Shown piece after piece: positions 40,628 through 55,164 of a stretch of 64,000 bases of DNA. The DNA comes from Welwitschia mirabilis (Eukaryota): assembly GCA_051453625.1 (NCBI GenBank), contig JBOZIK010000001.1, positions 16,612,135 to 16,676,134 of the forward strand, written 5' to 3'. A program made the position numbers and the translations under genes. A model generated the notes under the pieces. It ran no database searches, had not been told where the DNA came from, and saw only the letters and a program-made list of their open reading frames with translations. Positions within the stretch are counted from its first letter, which is position 1; the number at the start of each line of letters is the position of its first letter.

Positions 40628-43024
40628 TAGCCTTCTACTTAGCCTTGTCAGTCCCTGATAAAGTAAGTGATCACCTATATTATGAACTAATTTCACTAAG
40701 ATAAATAGCAACTAAAAAAAATGTAATTTGAGTTAAATTTTACCATGCAAGAATAGATATCAAATACTAATTAAATGAGACAAATACTAATGTATTTATA
40801 AGCTCCTTACTTCAACAAATAACAATAGAATAATTCATAAAATATAATAATGACAGCTCAAATATGATGAATATGCATAATGTGAGATAGTGTTACTAAA
40901 ACTGACATAAAAAACTTAAGCAGTGATAATCTTAAAAGAATGATCAATTAAACTTCATTAATGTATTCTATAAGGGATAAAGCACACAAGTAAGAATAGC
41001 ATTCTTCTCCTTTAAATGATATTAAACATAACTGTAGAAGAACTCTATGAGTGTGCCATTATGCTCCTGCTAAATAAAGTTCATGAAATTTATTCAAGTA
41101 ATATGAAATCATATCCAAATAACTCATTATAAATATGTATTATGAAAGCTTAAATATGATCTTTTTAAATTTAAAATTTTTACTCAATATCTCAAAAGAA
41201 TGCTCAAAAAGATATCCTACCCTCCTTACACATGAAGCAAGATGTCCTATGTTACATAGGATAAAAAGGATGATTATCATTATGGTTATCATAAGGACAA
41301 TAGATGTGGAACAATAGTGATCAAACGAGATGTTTGGAAAGATAGGAAAAACCAAAAAAAGTCTGAAAGTAAGCAAATAGTCAAAAAATAGCAAAAAAGT
41401 AGAAAAAAGTAGAAAGTAAAGAATTATCTTAAGAAACATGATCATAGTTNNNNNNNNNNNNNNNNNNNNNNNNNNNNNNNNNNNNNNNNNNNNNNNNNNN
41501 NNNNNNNNNNNNNNNNNNNNNNNNNNNNNNNNNNNNNNNNNNNNNNNNNNNNNNNNNNNNNNNNNNNNNNNNNNNNNNNNNNNNNNNNNNNNNNNNNNNN
41601 NNNNNNNNNNNNNNNNNNNNNNNNNNNNNNNNNNNNNNNNNNNNNNNNNNNNNNNNNNNNNNNNNNNNNNNNNNNNNNNNNNNNNNNNNNNNNNNNNNNN
41701 NNNNNNNNNNNNNNNNNNNNNNNNNNNNNNNNNNNNNNNNNNNNNNNNNNNNNNNNNNNNNNNNNNNNNNNNNNNNNNNNNNNNNNNNNNNNNNNNNNNN
41801 NNNNNNNNNNNNNNNNNNNNNNNNNNNNNNNNNNNNNNNNNNNNNNNNNNNNNNNNNNNNNNNNNNNNNNNNNNNNNNNNNNNNNNNNNNNNNNNNNNNN
41901 NNNNNNNNNNNNNNNNNNNNNNNNNNNNNNNNNNNNNNNNNNNNNNNNNNNNNNNNNNNNNNNNNNNNNNNNNNNNNNNNNNNNNNNNNNNNNNNNNNNN
42001 NNNNNNNNNNNNNNNNNNNNNNNNNNNNNNNNNNNNNNNNNNNNNNNNNNNNNNNNNNNNNNNNNNNNNACCTATCAAAAAAAAAAAAAAAACAACAACC
42101 CTCATGTATATAAGCTACGACTAATTAATCAAAAACTACTAAATGATTAAATCCATAATATTATTTTAAAAAAGTATAAAAATGGCTTTTAAAACCCTAA
42201 GAGAATAACTAAAGAAAAGCAAAATAAAAATAGACAATTAGGAATGTAAAGAAGATTGTTTACTCACCCTAAATTCTAACTTAACAAATTCCCTTGGTAA
42301 CAATCATAAAATTATCTAATAAAACATGCATGATAGGATGTAAAAATTCATAAAGTACCATTTAAATAGGCAATGATTATGATGATGTCAAGTATGTCTA
42401 ATGTTATAAAATAATGATTGATAAAACTAGAAGTTTAAAAAACATGAATTTACTAGCTTGTATATCAAAATAAAACTATAATCTAGAAAAGTAGAATGAT
42501 CATGTGGAAGTACTATATGTAAAAAGGAGCCTATGATACCATGGACATCACTAATATCATAGCCTCTAAGTAAAATTTTATTCTATCATGATGATGGGAT
42601 TGTAACCACTATCCAAGGAGTAAGGACCCAAAGAGCATAACTAATTGACTCCCTAGTGGAGTTCCCACAGCTACCATCTCACTATACCAAAGGCCCCTCT
42701 TGAGAAAATTTACCTTAGTGCACTTGGGGTAGGACATCATGATAACTGTGTTTTCAGTTTAGATGAGAAAAAAGTAAGAACATGCAAAAACAACTAATTA
42801 ATTACATCTTTAAAAGACAAGAAAAGAACCAAATCATCTTTCTTAAGAATGAAGCTCATAGACATACGAATCTCTTAAGATTAGGTGAATCTAATCGTAT
42901 CATCTTAAAATGCTCAAGTAAAATATTACTAATCATGATAACTTTATAAAGTAATATATAAGTCAAGTTAAAAATATTGAAGTGATAACAGGATGTCTAT
43001 CCAAGAAATGAATTAAGAAGAAAT

Positions 43025-46000
43025 TTAGATAATGGCAAGAGAAATGTTCTCCGCATTGAAAGGGGATTACAAATTTAAGTGCTTGCATCATGTTCAAGGT
43101 TTTATCAATAAATGATTTATATATTTTTAACTTTTATCTGTTAACTTTTTAAATTTCCCTAGTATTTAAATCAGAGATTTTAACTAAGCCATTGGAATAT
43201 ATGTTTCTATAAGTTAAGGACCTAATCATTTAGAGGATAACTTGTTGTTTAAAAGGTGTACTTAGGTATTATATAAAAAGATAAGTTAAGGAGTTTAAAT
43301 TACTTATGAAGAATTTTTTTATCATGTTTAAAATTGGCTTGGGCTTTATAATGAGTTGACAATGTATCGCATGAGTGTATTTTTCATCTAAATAATCAAG
43401 TTGGGCTAATTAAGTTCTAAGATTTGTGTTTAAGTCTATACGTTTAAGTTGATGAGTGAATAGATAAGAGTTATAGCAAACATTAATTGGCAAGACACAA
43501 ATGTTTCTATACTAAAATATGATAATCCTAAAGAACATCATTGACAAAAATAAATTTTTGAAGCATCATTTTAATTTCTCTATTAGTGTTTTTAACTTGG
43601 CCATTATTTTATGGATGATAACACATCTCATTCTATGTTCAATGTTAATAGATAAAAGATGTTTTTTAAAAAAAATTATTAATAAAATAATTTTATAATC
43701 AATAATTATGATTCTTAGAAAACCAAAACATTGACATATATAAATTCAGACAAAATTACAAATAGTTTGAGAGCATTTTTAATCATAGGAATAACTTCGA
43801 GCCACTTACTAACGTTATCAATAGTTACTTAGAATATATTTTTTATCATGAAGAANNNNNNNNNNNNNNNNNNNNNNNNNNNNNNNNNNNNNNNNNNNNN
43901 NNNNNNNNNNNNNNNNNNNNNNNNNNNNNNNNNNNNNNNNNNNNNNNNNNNNNNNNNNNNNNNNNNNNNNNNNNNNNNNNNNNNNNNNNNNNNNNNNNNN
44001 NNNNNNNNNNNNNNNNNNNNNNNNNNNNNNNNNNNNNNNNNNNNNNNNNNNNNNNNNNNNNNNNNNNNNNNNNNNNNNNNNNNNNNNNNNNNNNNNNNNN
44101 NNNNNNNNNNNNNNNNNNNNNNNNNNNNNNNNNNNNNNNNNNNNNNNNNNNNNNNNNNNNNNNNNNNNNNNNNNNNNNNNNNNNNNNNNNNNNNNNNNNN
44201 NNNNNNNNNNNNNNNNNNNNNNNNNNNNNNNNNNNNNNNNNNNNNNNNNNNNNNNNNNNNNNNNNNNNNNNNNNNNNNNNNNNNNNNNNNNNNNNNNNNN
44301 NNNNNNNNNNNNNNNNNNNNNNNNNNNNNNNNNNNNNNNNNNNNNNNNNNNNNNNNNNGAAGGTAGTTTCATATGGCTTATAAATTCAAACCCCTAATAA
44401 TAAAAAGTTTGCATTCAATCATAGGTTTAAGGGATATACCTTGAAAATGAGTGAGGCTACCATAATGTTGATAGGAATCAATAAGTCTTTGAAAAGAGTA
44501 GGTCAATAAAAACCAAAGTGAAGAATTTTTATGTGATGGTATTTTGGCTACTAAAGTGTCCCCCACATACCCCACAATGGCAAAGTTTAATAATTTCTAA
44601 GATTTTACACTTAGAGACAGACTTACACATGATTTGGTTTTTACATCTTTTATAAAGATGGGGATCATTCCATTCTAGTCACTAATCCTATGTAGAAAAT
44701 ATTCACCTTGGTTATGGTTCTAATGTTAAGGTTTTTTCATATTAAAAAATTAGTTCACAATATTAGCATACCATGAAGAAAAGATGAGTAGAAGAAATGA
44801 CATAAAGTTTTTAAATATTAAATAGTTATTCAATGAGAAAGGGGTCATTTATGAAAAGTTCATCATAAGAACAAGAAAGTTAAGATAAGCTATCTACAAT
44901 GCTATTATGTTTTTTATATTTATTGATGATCATGAGATTAAATTCTTGCATGATAAGATCCACCTAATAAATCTAGCACTAAAATCTTTCTTAGTCATAA
45001 GATAGAGTGTGGCTACATGATCTATGTAAACATTGATTTAAAAGCCAAGAAGATAAGATCGAAAATGATCAAGATAAAAGATAATGAAAATCATTTCTCT
45101 TTTAGTAATAGTATAGTTATATTGGGCTTTAGATAAATTTTTACTAAGATAGAATATAACTTTAACTTTATTTTCATATTTTTAGTCAAAAACCCCACCT
45201 AGAATAATGTTGCTTACATCACACATGAGTTAAAAATCTTTAATATAACTGTGGTCCATAATAATAGGCTTAGAATAAATGCTTTTCCTAAGTGTATCAA
45301 ATGTAAGTTAACATGAATTATTCCAAATAAATTTAGCATTTTTTTTGAGTAATTAGTGAAGGATTTATAAACCTTATCATAATCATGAATAAAAAAAAAA
45401 TAAAACTAGCATTACCAAGAAATGATCCAACTTGATTGACATTAGTTGAAAGGATAAGATTCTTAATGTATCAACTTTCATAGATTCTATCTAAATTTCT
45501 TCCTTTGAAACATTATGATCTAAAATAATTCCATGTTTAATAAGGAGAAAACTCTTTTTTTAACACAAATGTAGGCCACTCTATATACATTAATCCAAGA
45601 CTTTCTCTAATTTTTTTATGGTCTATTTAAATATTTCACCAAAGATGGAGAAGTCATCCATCAAGATTTTAATAGAATCCTCTATCATGTTAGAAATAAT
45701 CCCTATTATTACTTATTGGAAACATATATGGCCATTGCAAAGTCCAAAGGTTATTCATCTAAAGGAAAAGGTTTCAAAGGATGAGGTAAAAGTGTGTTTT
45801 AACTTGGTCTTTACTTGCTATGAAAACTTGATTATAACCACTATACCCATTAAGAAAATAATAGTAGGCATAACCTTGGATTCTACCAAGTACATAATCA
45901 AGAAAGTGTAAAGGGAAATGATTCTTTTCAGTTATCTCATTAAGTTTTCTAAAATCAATGCACATTTGTCATTTTTTACCATTTTTTGGAACCACTATCA

Positions 46001-47567
46001 AAGGGATAATCCACTTACTATTAGATATAGCATATATGATCCTGACATCCATAAGTTTAATAATTTCATATTTAACTATTTGTCAATGACTAGGTTGAGT
46101 CTTCATTTGAATTGTTTAACTACTTTAGCATTATCCTCAAAGTAAATTTTGTATTAAACTATGGAAAGATGAGTGGAAGCTAAGTCTTTATGGATCCATG
46201 AAAAGGCATCTTCTTTAGCAGCTAAGAGTGAAATCAAGTTGGATTATTGTTGAGGACTCAAAATTTCACTTATTATTAGGGTTTTCTTAAAATTTTTAGA
46301 CAAAAGAATGTATTTTATACCTTTAGGCAATTCCTTAAGTGCTAATTTGAAATTTTCAATTGTTGTCATATATGTGTGGGGATAGTAGATTTGGGATCAC
46401 ACTCTTTAAAAATGGTTTCTAACAAGTAAGCATGTTGGGTTTCCTCCCATTTGATGTATTCATTATTCCTAGGCTCAAGACATTATATTTTAATTGGATT
46501 ATCATATAAACTTGGTTCTTGTAGCATTATCAATCTCTCCTTAATTAGTTAATGTTGTAAAAGTAAGGTTGACTTAAGTTCTTTTTCTAAATTAAACTCA
46601 TCTCCTGTGTTCCTTTTAGTATCATCAAAAATGCAAATGGTAAACTTTTTATTTCCTATATGACATTCCATCATTCCAGTTCATGTGTTAATGATCGAGT
46701 AAGTAGTTCCAAAAAAGGCTATTCCTAAGAGTAGTGAATGACATCCATCATGTTCTACCTCAATGATGACCAAATCTAGGTTTTTGATAATCCTTAATGG
46801 TTTCTTAATTAAAGTATTAGTTGTTTCTAAGTAATTCATGTAGGTTTTATTCTATTTTCTAATCTAAGTCTTTTACATATGTGAAGAGGTATGATGTTTA
46901 CATTAGTTACTATATCAATAAAAGCTTTTTCAATTCTTTTATTTCCTTCTAAAGTGATACACAATATTGTTGCTCTAGGCTCTTTAAATATAGAACACTT
47001 GTTCATAACTCAATTGGAAATAGATTGAGCAAGAAAAACTTTGTTATGAATGATATGTTTTTTTCTCTTTATTGTTACTTTTTTTTTTTAAATTATGTTT
47101 GAAAGTTAAAACCTCATGGTTAGGAGGTGTTATGTTATTTTTACTTCTTATTATTACCTTTAAATCCCTCTTGACTTCATTTAGATTAAGTAAAGGTTGA
47201 GATGTAAGATATCCTTATAGTCTTTGATTGATAAGCATTGTTTATTAAAGTACGTCCACTAAGTGTTCAATATTACTATTAGTTTTTTTAATATTACTAT
47301 TGGTCTTTTCTTGCATCTTTTTTATTTTTCTATGAAATCTATGAGTAAATCATTTTGACTTAGTTGAAAACTGAGATTATTTAATTGGAAGTTTTAATTT
47401 TTAAATCTATTCTCAAAAGGTTTTCATTATGATTATCCACCTAATCTTTGTTAAAATTGTGATTGGCTTTTAAAGATAGGTATTCTTTGGTTGAATTTAT
47501 AAACTTCCTAAAACATCCTCTCTTTACAAGTTGGTAATAAAGAACACTATTTAGTTAGATGAAAGTT
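43025..47567 (-). pseudogene. pol: Decayed pol and 3' gag of copy D (interrupted by nested element)
   Basis: MCIDFRKLNE...HFPLHFLDYVLGRIQGYAYYYFLNGYSGYNQV (ORF 45774-45965); internal deletions near 43510 and 47070. Confidence 0.9.
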
Positions 47568-48658
47568 TGTTATGCTGCCAACTTACGTGTATTTGATAGG
47601 ATATTCTAAGTTGTTTTATAGGTAAATTAGCCAATAAATGCTTAGTTCTCCTGATAATAGAGAACCAGAGTGAAAAGAATAAAAATATACAATTTCTAAT
47701 TAAATTACAAGCATTTTGTATAGATATAGATAAATAAAATTTTGGATAATTATTCCTGTAAACAATAAAGTGATCGAACTTACTGAATATTGACAAAAGT
47801 TCATCATGCATCTCATCGTCTAGACATCAGTTTCGGATGACATCTCCAACTGGTTGATAACAGTTTACATGCAGTTCAAATAGAGATTAACTAGAGTAAA
47901 CAAGGATACCTAATTATTAATCTACATTATCTCTTATATCATCCAAACATTAGAAAGATAATACTGTTCTCTTATACTTTCACTGAATGTTTATCCAAGC
48001 TATCGCCACTTTATTGCAACTTTTCTTTGCATGTTAGCTAGGGTTTTCCCAATATCAGTTTGCCTTTCTTTTCTATCTCTAAATAAGGGTCTCCCCCTCA
48101 ATTCCTAATTATCTTTAGTAGTACTTGACATATTCATGATAGGAGATCTTAAGACCAGAGAACCATCTCATAATCCCAAAGAGACGTTACCTTAGTGTTG
48201 GGTGGCATTTCCTCCATTAAGGACATCTACTTTATGATAAAGATGCTTTTTAATATGAATTATCCTTTTTGTGTTCAACATATGCAGGAACTTATTCCTC
48301 ATAGTATATGTTATTTTAGATTCAGTAATAGGATTCTTTTATGATATAGATTATGAAGGCATCCTTTATCAAGATTGAGCTTAATTAGTTTAGGTTCATT
48401 GCTATTTCTTTTCCTAGATTAGTTTTGCATAAGAATGTTTTATTTTAATTCCATAAATTGCAATTTATTTTAGTATATTATGGTTACATAATTTTCTCTT
48501 GAAAGTAACTCTTTATTTTCCATACTTTAACCTTTGACCAAATTATGACATTTTGAATCACTCCCATCTATACTAGTGTGTTGTATTTGTGAATATTAAT
48601 TGTAATTAATATGCTTTAGCTCAAGACATAAAATGTTACATAAATATGCACTGCAACA
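47568..48658 (+). mobile_element. 5' LTR of nested element
   Basis: tgttatgctgccaac...gcactgcaaca; direct repeat of 54092-55159. Confidence 0.92.
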
Positions 48659-48661
48659 TCT

Positions 48662-48679
48662 TGGTGCTGTTTCTAGGGA
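48662..48679 (+). promoter_or_regulatory. Degenerate Athila-type PBS
   Basis: tggtgctgtttctaggga, 3 nt after the LTR end. Confidence 0.8.
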
Positions 48680-48917
48680 AGGATTCTTAGAGATCAAGAG
48701 TTATCATTACTTTAGTAGATATTTGGGATATTTGCTATAGCAGCGGTGTACCAGTACCTTCTGTAAGTTTTTGTTTTAGTTTTTCTTTATGCTAACCTCT
48801 AACGTCCCCTTCATCATCCAGATGTCATAGTCAGATGATTGTCCCATTTTCTACTTTTCCTCTTTCTGTGATTATCTGTGTTTCTATTATCTAGGTTATT
48901 ATCTAAAAGACATACAG

Positions 48918-51900
48918 AATGACAATTTCTTAGATCCTAAACTGAATGGTTAAGATTGGAAAAAATGAAAAATATTAAAGAGAGTGACAGTTTATTACTG
49001 AAAATATCAGAGAAGATTTGCTAGATTTTGAAATTGAAATAAATTAAAATAGTAAAGGTATGCAAGATGTATAATTTCCTGCAATTTCCAATTTTAATTC
49101 TAAAGAATTTGATACCATGTCAATCTCTAACCAAAAATAAAAATAACCTATTTTTCCAAATCCACCTCTTGTCATTGGAACCCTCACTTCTACTCCTTTT
49201 CAACCTATTACTTGTGCTACTTTGAGAGATCTTATCGCAATCAAAAGATATGAAATTCAAAACCCTTTCAACTTACCTCCTAGTGGTGATATAGAACTTC
49301 AAAACTTGAATGCTTACCCTACCTTTAGTGGAGAACCAGATGAAGACCCTTTACAACACATTGCCAAAATTAAACAACTTATCCTTACTTCTGGAAACAG
49401 TAAAAAATGAATAAGTGATAGAACCTATATGGTTATCTTTCTTATGATCTTGAGAGGTAAAGCAAAACTTTGACTTAGAATGATTCTCCATAAGAGCCTA
49501 AAATCTTAGAGTCAAGTTTAAGAAGCCTTCATCAAGAGATTTATGAGTGAAACCACCATCCGGAAGTATAAAAAAGAAGTCACAAACTTCTAGTAATTTC
49601 CTATGCCTCTACTTATGAGCGTTCTTTGTTGCTTTACATTCAAACCCTGTAGATGCCTTTTCAGAGGTAGAGTTAATTGACTATTTTTATAATAGATTAA
49701 ATAGTTATACCAAGCAACTTATAGATTTTTCTTATAAAGGTAACCTCTTAAACTAAACCTTAGAAGATGCTTGAAAGGTGTTGGAAGATTTAGTGGGAGT
49801 AAGTCAAACTTGGCCTAAACCCTCCTCTAGAGAAAACTGAACAGTAGGCCAAATCATTAAGAATCCAAAAGAAGTCAAGCATGAGAAGACTAAAACCAAA
49901 ATAGAAAATGAACCAATTAGCATCATTAAGGATTTCACTTATACTTTAGAGAAATACACCTAGATGATCCTTGATGCTAAAGTGGTAACTAAGAAAAGTG
50001 AAGTTATTATTCCAACATGTAATTTGTGTGAAGTTAGCTATCATATCACGAAAGATTTCCTTTTACTTCCTACTTACAAAGAGAGAATCTATAAGAAAGT
50101 ATGCACCTTCAACTAAAAACCTTCTAATTACATTCAAAACTATAACCAAAGAGAAGTTCCAAAGCACAATTTTCAAAATATAATGAATGAGAAACTAAAT
50201 CCTAGCAATTTCCAAATAAATCATCCTAACTTCTAGCCTTTTAGAAATAAATTTGAACATTCAAACGTTCAGTATAACCACTTAAATAACTTGGGAAACC
50301 CTTTAAACTCTCAAAACCATAGTGATCCCCTTAGGAATTTCATTAAGGAGTTGAGAAAAACTTAAAAGAAGATAAACGCAAACATAGAAAATCTTATAAA
50401 GATCTTACAACAAACCATGTTTGCCAATCAAAGACCATAGGGGATCCTTACCACTCAACCTTTACCAAACCCTAACGAAGTACGAAAAGATTGTAAGGTG
50501 ATAACAAGAAGTGAAAATGACATAACTCCCCCTACTCATGAGGCTTCAACTTCCCAAAATGACAATAATGATGAGGAAGATGACATAGAAATCCTAGAAA
50601 ATCATTCCTTCCCTTCTTCACTCAGCAACAAATAGAAAGATTAGTCCCAAAAGAAGCCTATTACCCTATGGCTTAATAGGCTTAATACAAATCCCATCTT
50701 TGATGATCATTTAAAAGCCTTAATGAAAAATGTGAGCATCAACTTATCTTTTTGGAAACTGTTGTAAGAACTTCAAATACTCTAAGCTATGAAAAGACCT
50801 AATACAAAGGAAACAATCCCTAGTAAAGTTTTCCTAACTCAATCCCTTAGTAACTTGATTTTCAAGAAGTGTCCAAATTTTAAAGATCCAGGGGCATTAA
50901 CTGTTAGTATCACTTTAGAGGGAAACTGAAGAATTAAGTAAGCCTTAATAGACATCAGAGCTAGTGTCAATATTATGCCCTTGCATATCTGTCAATGTCT
51001 TAGGTTGGAAGAAAGAGTAGAGCCTACACAAATTGTCTTAGAGTTAGCTAATACATCTTTAAAGAAATCTTTAGATGTAATTAAGGACTTGGTCATTCAG
51101 ATAGAGGAAGCTTTTTATCCAATAGACATAGTTATTTTAGAAGTTGAGCATCAAGGTGAATATCCCCTAATTCTAGGTAAAACTTTCTATGAAATAATCC
51201 ATTGCATTATAGACACAAGAACCAGATTGATGAAGTGCCATTTTGGAACTAAATAATTTTTAATTAGAGTGTTTGATGTGGTTGTAAAATATTTAGGCAA
51301 TGGTCTAGGTTTGGAGGAAGAAATAAAACCAATCCTATTTTTATAGCATTGTCCACTTGAGAAGAGATGGTCCACGCTTCATGAGCCAATCTTGTTTGAT
51401 GATCACACGGAAGTAGAATACCTTTATGTGATTAACAAATAACTTGAGTTTGAACATTCCTCCACTGAGTTTTTTAATTTGATGAGGAGTAAATCTAAGT
51501 ATGTAACCTATTCTAAAATCTAAGAAACTGAAAACTCTAAGAATTTTATTGTGGGTTCAGTCATCCATAACTGATGTCCAAATGACAGTTTGAGATGACA
51601 GTCAACTCTTTTAAAAATTTTCTTAAAACCAAAAGTTTAAATCTTAATTTGAACCTAAAACCTTTAGGTAATGGACTAAAAGATATTTTTCTGAATAGAG
51701 ATCTGAATAAACCCTTGATTATCAACAAAAATCTCTTACCTCAATAAAAATCCGATCTCATTTCTCTCTTAGAATCAAAGGTTCATGAGTTCGCTTGGCT
51801 CCATAACGATCTGTTGGCCATCCCTACTTCCATTATGTAATACAAAATCTACATCTAAGAAAATCAAAAACTTATGAGAAAACCTTAATGTAGACTAAAT

Positions 51901-52875
51901 TTAGCCTTAAAGCAAATCGTAAGAAATGAAATCATAAAACTTATGGATGCTAGAATAATTTACTCTATTGCTGATAGTGTGTGGGCTAGCCCCTTGATAA
52001 TAGTACCTAAAAAGAATGGGAAATGGTGTATGTGCATAGACTTTCATAAACTAAATGAGGTAACTGAAAAAAACTACTATCCTTTACCTTTTCTTAATTA
52101 AATTCTTGATAGGATTCAGGGACATGCTTTTTACTATTTTCTTGATGATTATAGTGGTTACAATAAAATTTACATTATCCTTGAGGACCAAGATAAAACT
52201 ACTTTCACTTCTTCTTTTGGTACATTTGCCTTTAGACACATGCCTTTCAGACTCTGTAATGCTCCCAGTACCTTTGAGTGTGCTATGATGGGTATTTTTT
52301 CTGATATGCTTGAGGATTCCATTAAGATTTTCATGGACGATTTCTCTATATATGCTGAATGTTTTAGCAAAACTTAGATAGTTTAGAGAAAGTCTTAGTT
52401 TGATGCATTGCTAGTGGCCTCCACTTGAGTTGGGAAAAGAGTTATTTTCTTGTAGAAAGTGGTATTGTTTTAGGTCACCAGATATCTTGAAAAGGGATTA
52501 AGATGGATACTTCTAAAGTTAGTATTATTCAAAATCTTAGTCCTCATATAAATGTTAAACAAGTCTGATCTTTTCATGGTCATTGTGGTTTTTACTATCG
52601 GTTCATTCGTGGTTATGTTTCTATTTGCAAACCCCTTTACTCATTACTAGAAAAAGATGCCAAATTTGAATGGAATAAATCTTGTTAAACTACTTTTAAT
52701 AGGCTTAAACAGAGATTTTTTAATGCTCCTATAGTAATGGGACCTAATTGGGAACATGAATTTGAGCTTATGTGTGATGCTAGTAATTTTACTATGGGTG
52801 GGGTTCTTTATCAAAAATATGAGAAAGACTTTAAAGTTATATCTTACTATAGCAAGAAATTATCTAAAGCTTAGA
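48918..52875 (+). pseudogene. gag-pol: Decayed gag-PR-RT-RNase H of nested element
   Basis: YPTFSGEPDEDPLQHI (gag), ALIDIRASVNIMP at 50942-50980 (PR), FMDD at 52330-52341 (RT), FELMCDASNF near 52760 (RH). The start is approximate. Confidence 0.92.
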
Positions 52876-54091
52876 TNNNNNNNNNNNNNNNNNNNNNNNN
52901 NNNNNNNNNNNNNNNNNNNNNNNNNNNNNNNNNNNNNNNNNNNNNNNNNNNNNNNNNNNNNNNNNNNNNNNNNNNNNNNNNNNNNNNNNNNNNNNNNNNN
53001 NNNNNNNNNNNNNNNNNNNNNNNNNNNNNNNNNNNNNNNNNNNNNNNNNNNNNNNNNNNNNNNNNNNNNNNNNNNNNNNNNNNNNNNNNNNNNNNNNNNN
53101 NNNNNNNNNNNNNNNNNNNNNNNNNNNNNNNNNNNNNNNNNNNNNNNNNNNNNNNNNNNNNNNNNNNNNNNNNNNNNNNNNNNNNNNNNNNNNNNNNNNN
53201 NNNNNNNNNNNNNNNNNNNNNNNNNNNNNNNNNNNNNNNNNNNNNNNNNNNNNNNNNNNNNNNNNNNNNNNNNNNNNNNNNNNNNNNNNNNNNNNNNNNN
53301 NNNNNNNNNNNNNNNNNNNNNNNNNNNNNNNNNNNNNNNNNNNNNNNNNNNNNNNNNNNNNNNGAACTTTATGGAGTTAATATATTTTGTCATGCATTTT
53401 TACTTAGGTGATATTATGATGTTTTCCTTGGAAGTTTTCTACGTTAGTACTTAGGATAGGTATATAATCTTTCCCTTATTCCTTGTGTTCATTTATCCTC
53501 TGGTTTTCTTCTATTTTTAAGTTTATTGTTTCTATGTCATTTTCACTTTATCCTATTTTTCTTCTTAAGACTTTACCCATTTTGTTCTTTTAAGCAATTC
53601 GAGACACCTTGCATACTTTAAGTGGGGGGCAGGACATACATATTTTTATTAACTTTTGAATATTTTTTGAAAATTTATGAATTTTTATTACAGATCCTCC
53701 TTCCAAACCAGCTACAAAGTACATCGATGTTTACATGATTATCTTTTTGTTTGAGTGTTTATCATAGTAAGGGTTGTTTATCATGATTACTTAATTAACA
53801 AAATACTTAATTTCTTTCACAGGTTCGAGTTTTGAAGATCTTTTGAAGAGCCTATTGTCCATGATATTATCTAAATGATGAATCTAGACAACCAACTTCT
53901 AATGCTTAGCAAGTATGTCTGATCAGTATTTGAATTTTTAAAAAATTTAGTTTATTATTGGTATATGTTGCAAATCTCTTTTAGATGCTTTCTTTAGATA
54001 ACCTAGCTATTTTTATTATCTAAAAGTTGTCTCGCAAATGTGGTTTACCATCTAATTTTATCAGGAACTGATAAGGCTAATTGAAGGGCTA

Positions 54092-55159
54092 TGTTGTGCT
54101 ACCAACTTACATGTATTTGATAGGGTATTGTTAGTTGTTTTATAGGTAAATTAACCAATAAATGCTTAGTTCTCATGACAATTGAGAACTAGAATGAAAA
54201 GAATAAAAATATACAATTTATAGTTAAATTACAAGAACTTTGTGTAGATATGGATAAATGACATTTTGGATAATGATTCCTGCAAATAATAAAGTGATAA
54301 AACTGACTAAAGATTGACAAAAGTCCATCATCCGTTGGACGACATCTCCAACTGCTCAATAATACTTTACATGTAGTTCACAAATAGATTAACTAATTAT
54401 CAGTCTACATCATCCTTTATATCATCCAGATGACCAGAAAGATGACACTGTTCTCTTATACTTTCACTGAATGTTCATCCAAGTTGTCACCACTTTATTG
54501 TGGCTTTTCTTTGCATGTTAGCTAGGGTTTTTCCCATACTCTTCTATTAGTTTCCTTTCCTTTTTTGTATATAAATAAGGGTCTTCCCTTTGATTCTTAA
54601 TCATCTTTGATAGTACCTGACATACTTATGACAGAAGATCTTGGGATCGGAGAATCATCTTATAATCCCAGAGAGATGTTACCTTGGTGTTGGGTGGCAT
54701 TTCCTCCATTGAGAAATGGCTACTTTGTGATACAGATGCTTTTACACTTTTTAATATGAATTATCTTTTTTGTGTTCAATATATTCAGGAACTTATCCCT
54801 CATAATTTAAGTTATTTTAAATTCAGTGATAGGCTTCTTTTATTATATAGATTATGAGGGCAGCCTTTGTCAAGGTTGAGCTTAATTAGTTTAAGTGCAT
54901 TGTTATTTCTTTTCCTAGACTAGTTTTGCATAAGAATGTTTTATTTTAATTTCATGCATTGTAATTTATTTTAGTAGATTTGGGTTATACAATTTTCTCT
55001 TAAAAACAACTCTTTATTTTCCATACTTTGGCCTTCGATGGAATTATGACATTTCAGATAACTCCCATCTATACTAGTGTGTTGTGTTTGTGCATATTAA
55101 TTGTGATTAACAAGATTCAGTTCAAGAAATAAAATGTTGCATAAATACACACTGCAACA
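54092..55159 (+). mobile_element. 3' LTR of nested element
   Basis: tgttgtgctaccaac...acactgcaaca; TATA-like tataaata near 54570. Confidence 0.92.
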
Positions 55160-55164
55160 GAGTT

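Larger units (their letters stand above)
47568..55159 (+). mobile_element. Nested Athila-type element of a sister subfamily, opposite orientation, with 5-bp TSD
   Basis: TG..CA LTRs 47568-48658 and 54092-55159; flanks aagtt (47563-67) and gagtt (55160-64); PBS 48662-48679; PPT gaagggcta 54083-54091. Confidence 0.92.

Noticed and set aside
43856-44359. Possible ~500-bp insertion hidden in gap (also 41450-42069)
   Set aside because: Flanks are nearly contiguous in paralogs, but N-length estimates are unreliable, so it cannot be supported.
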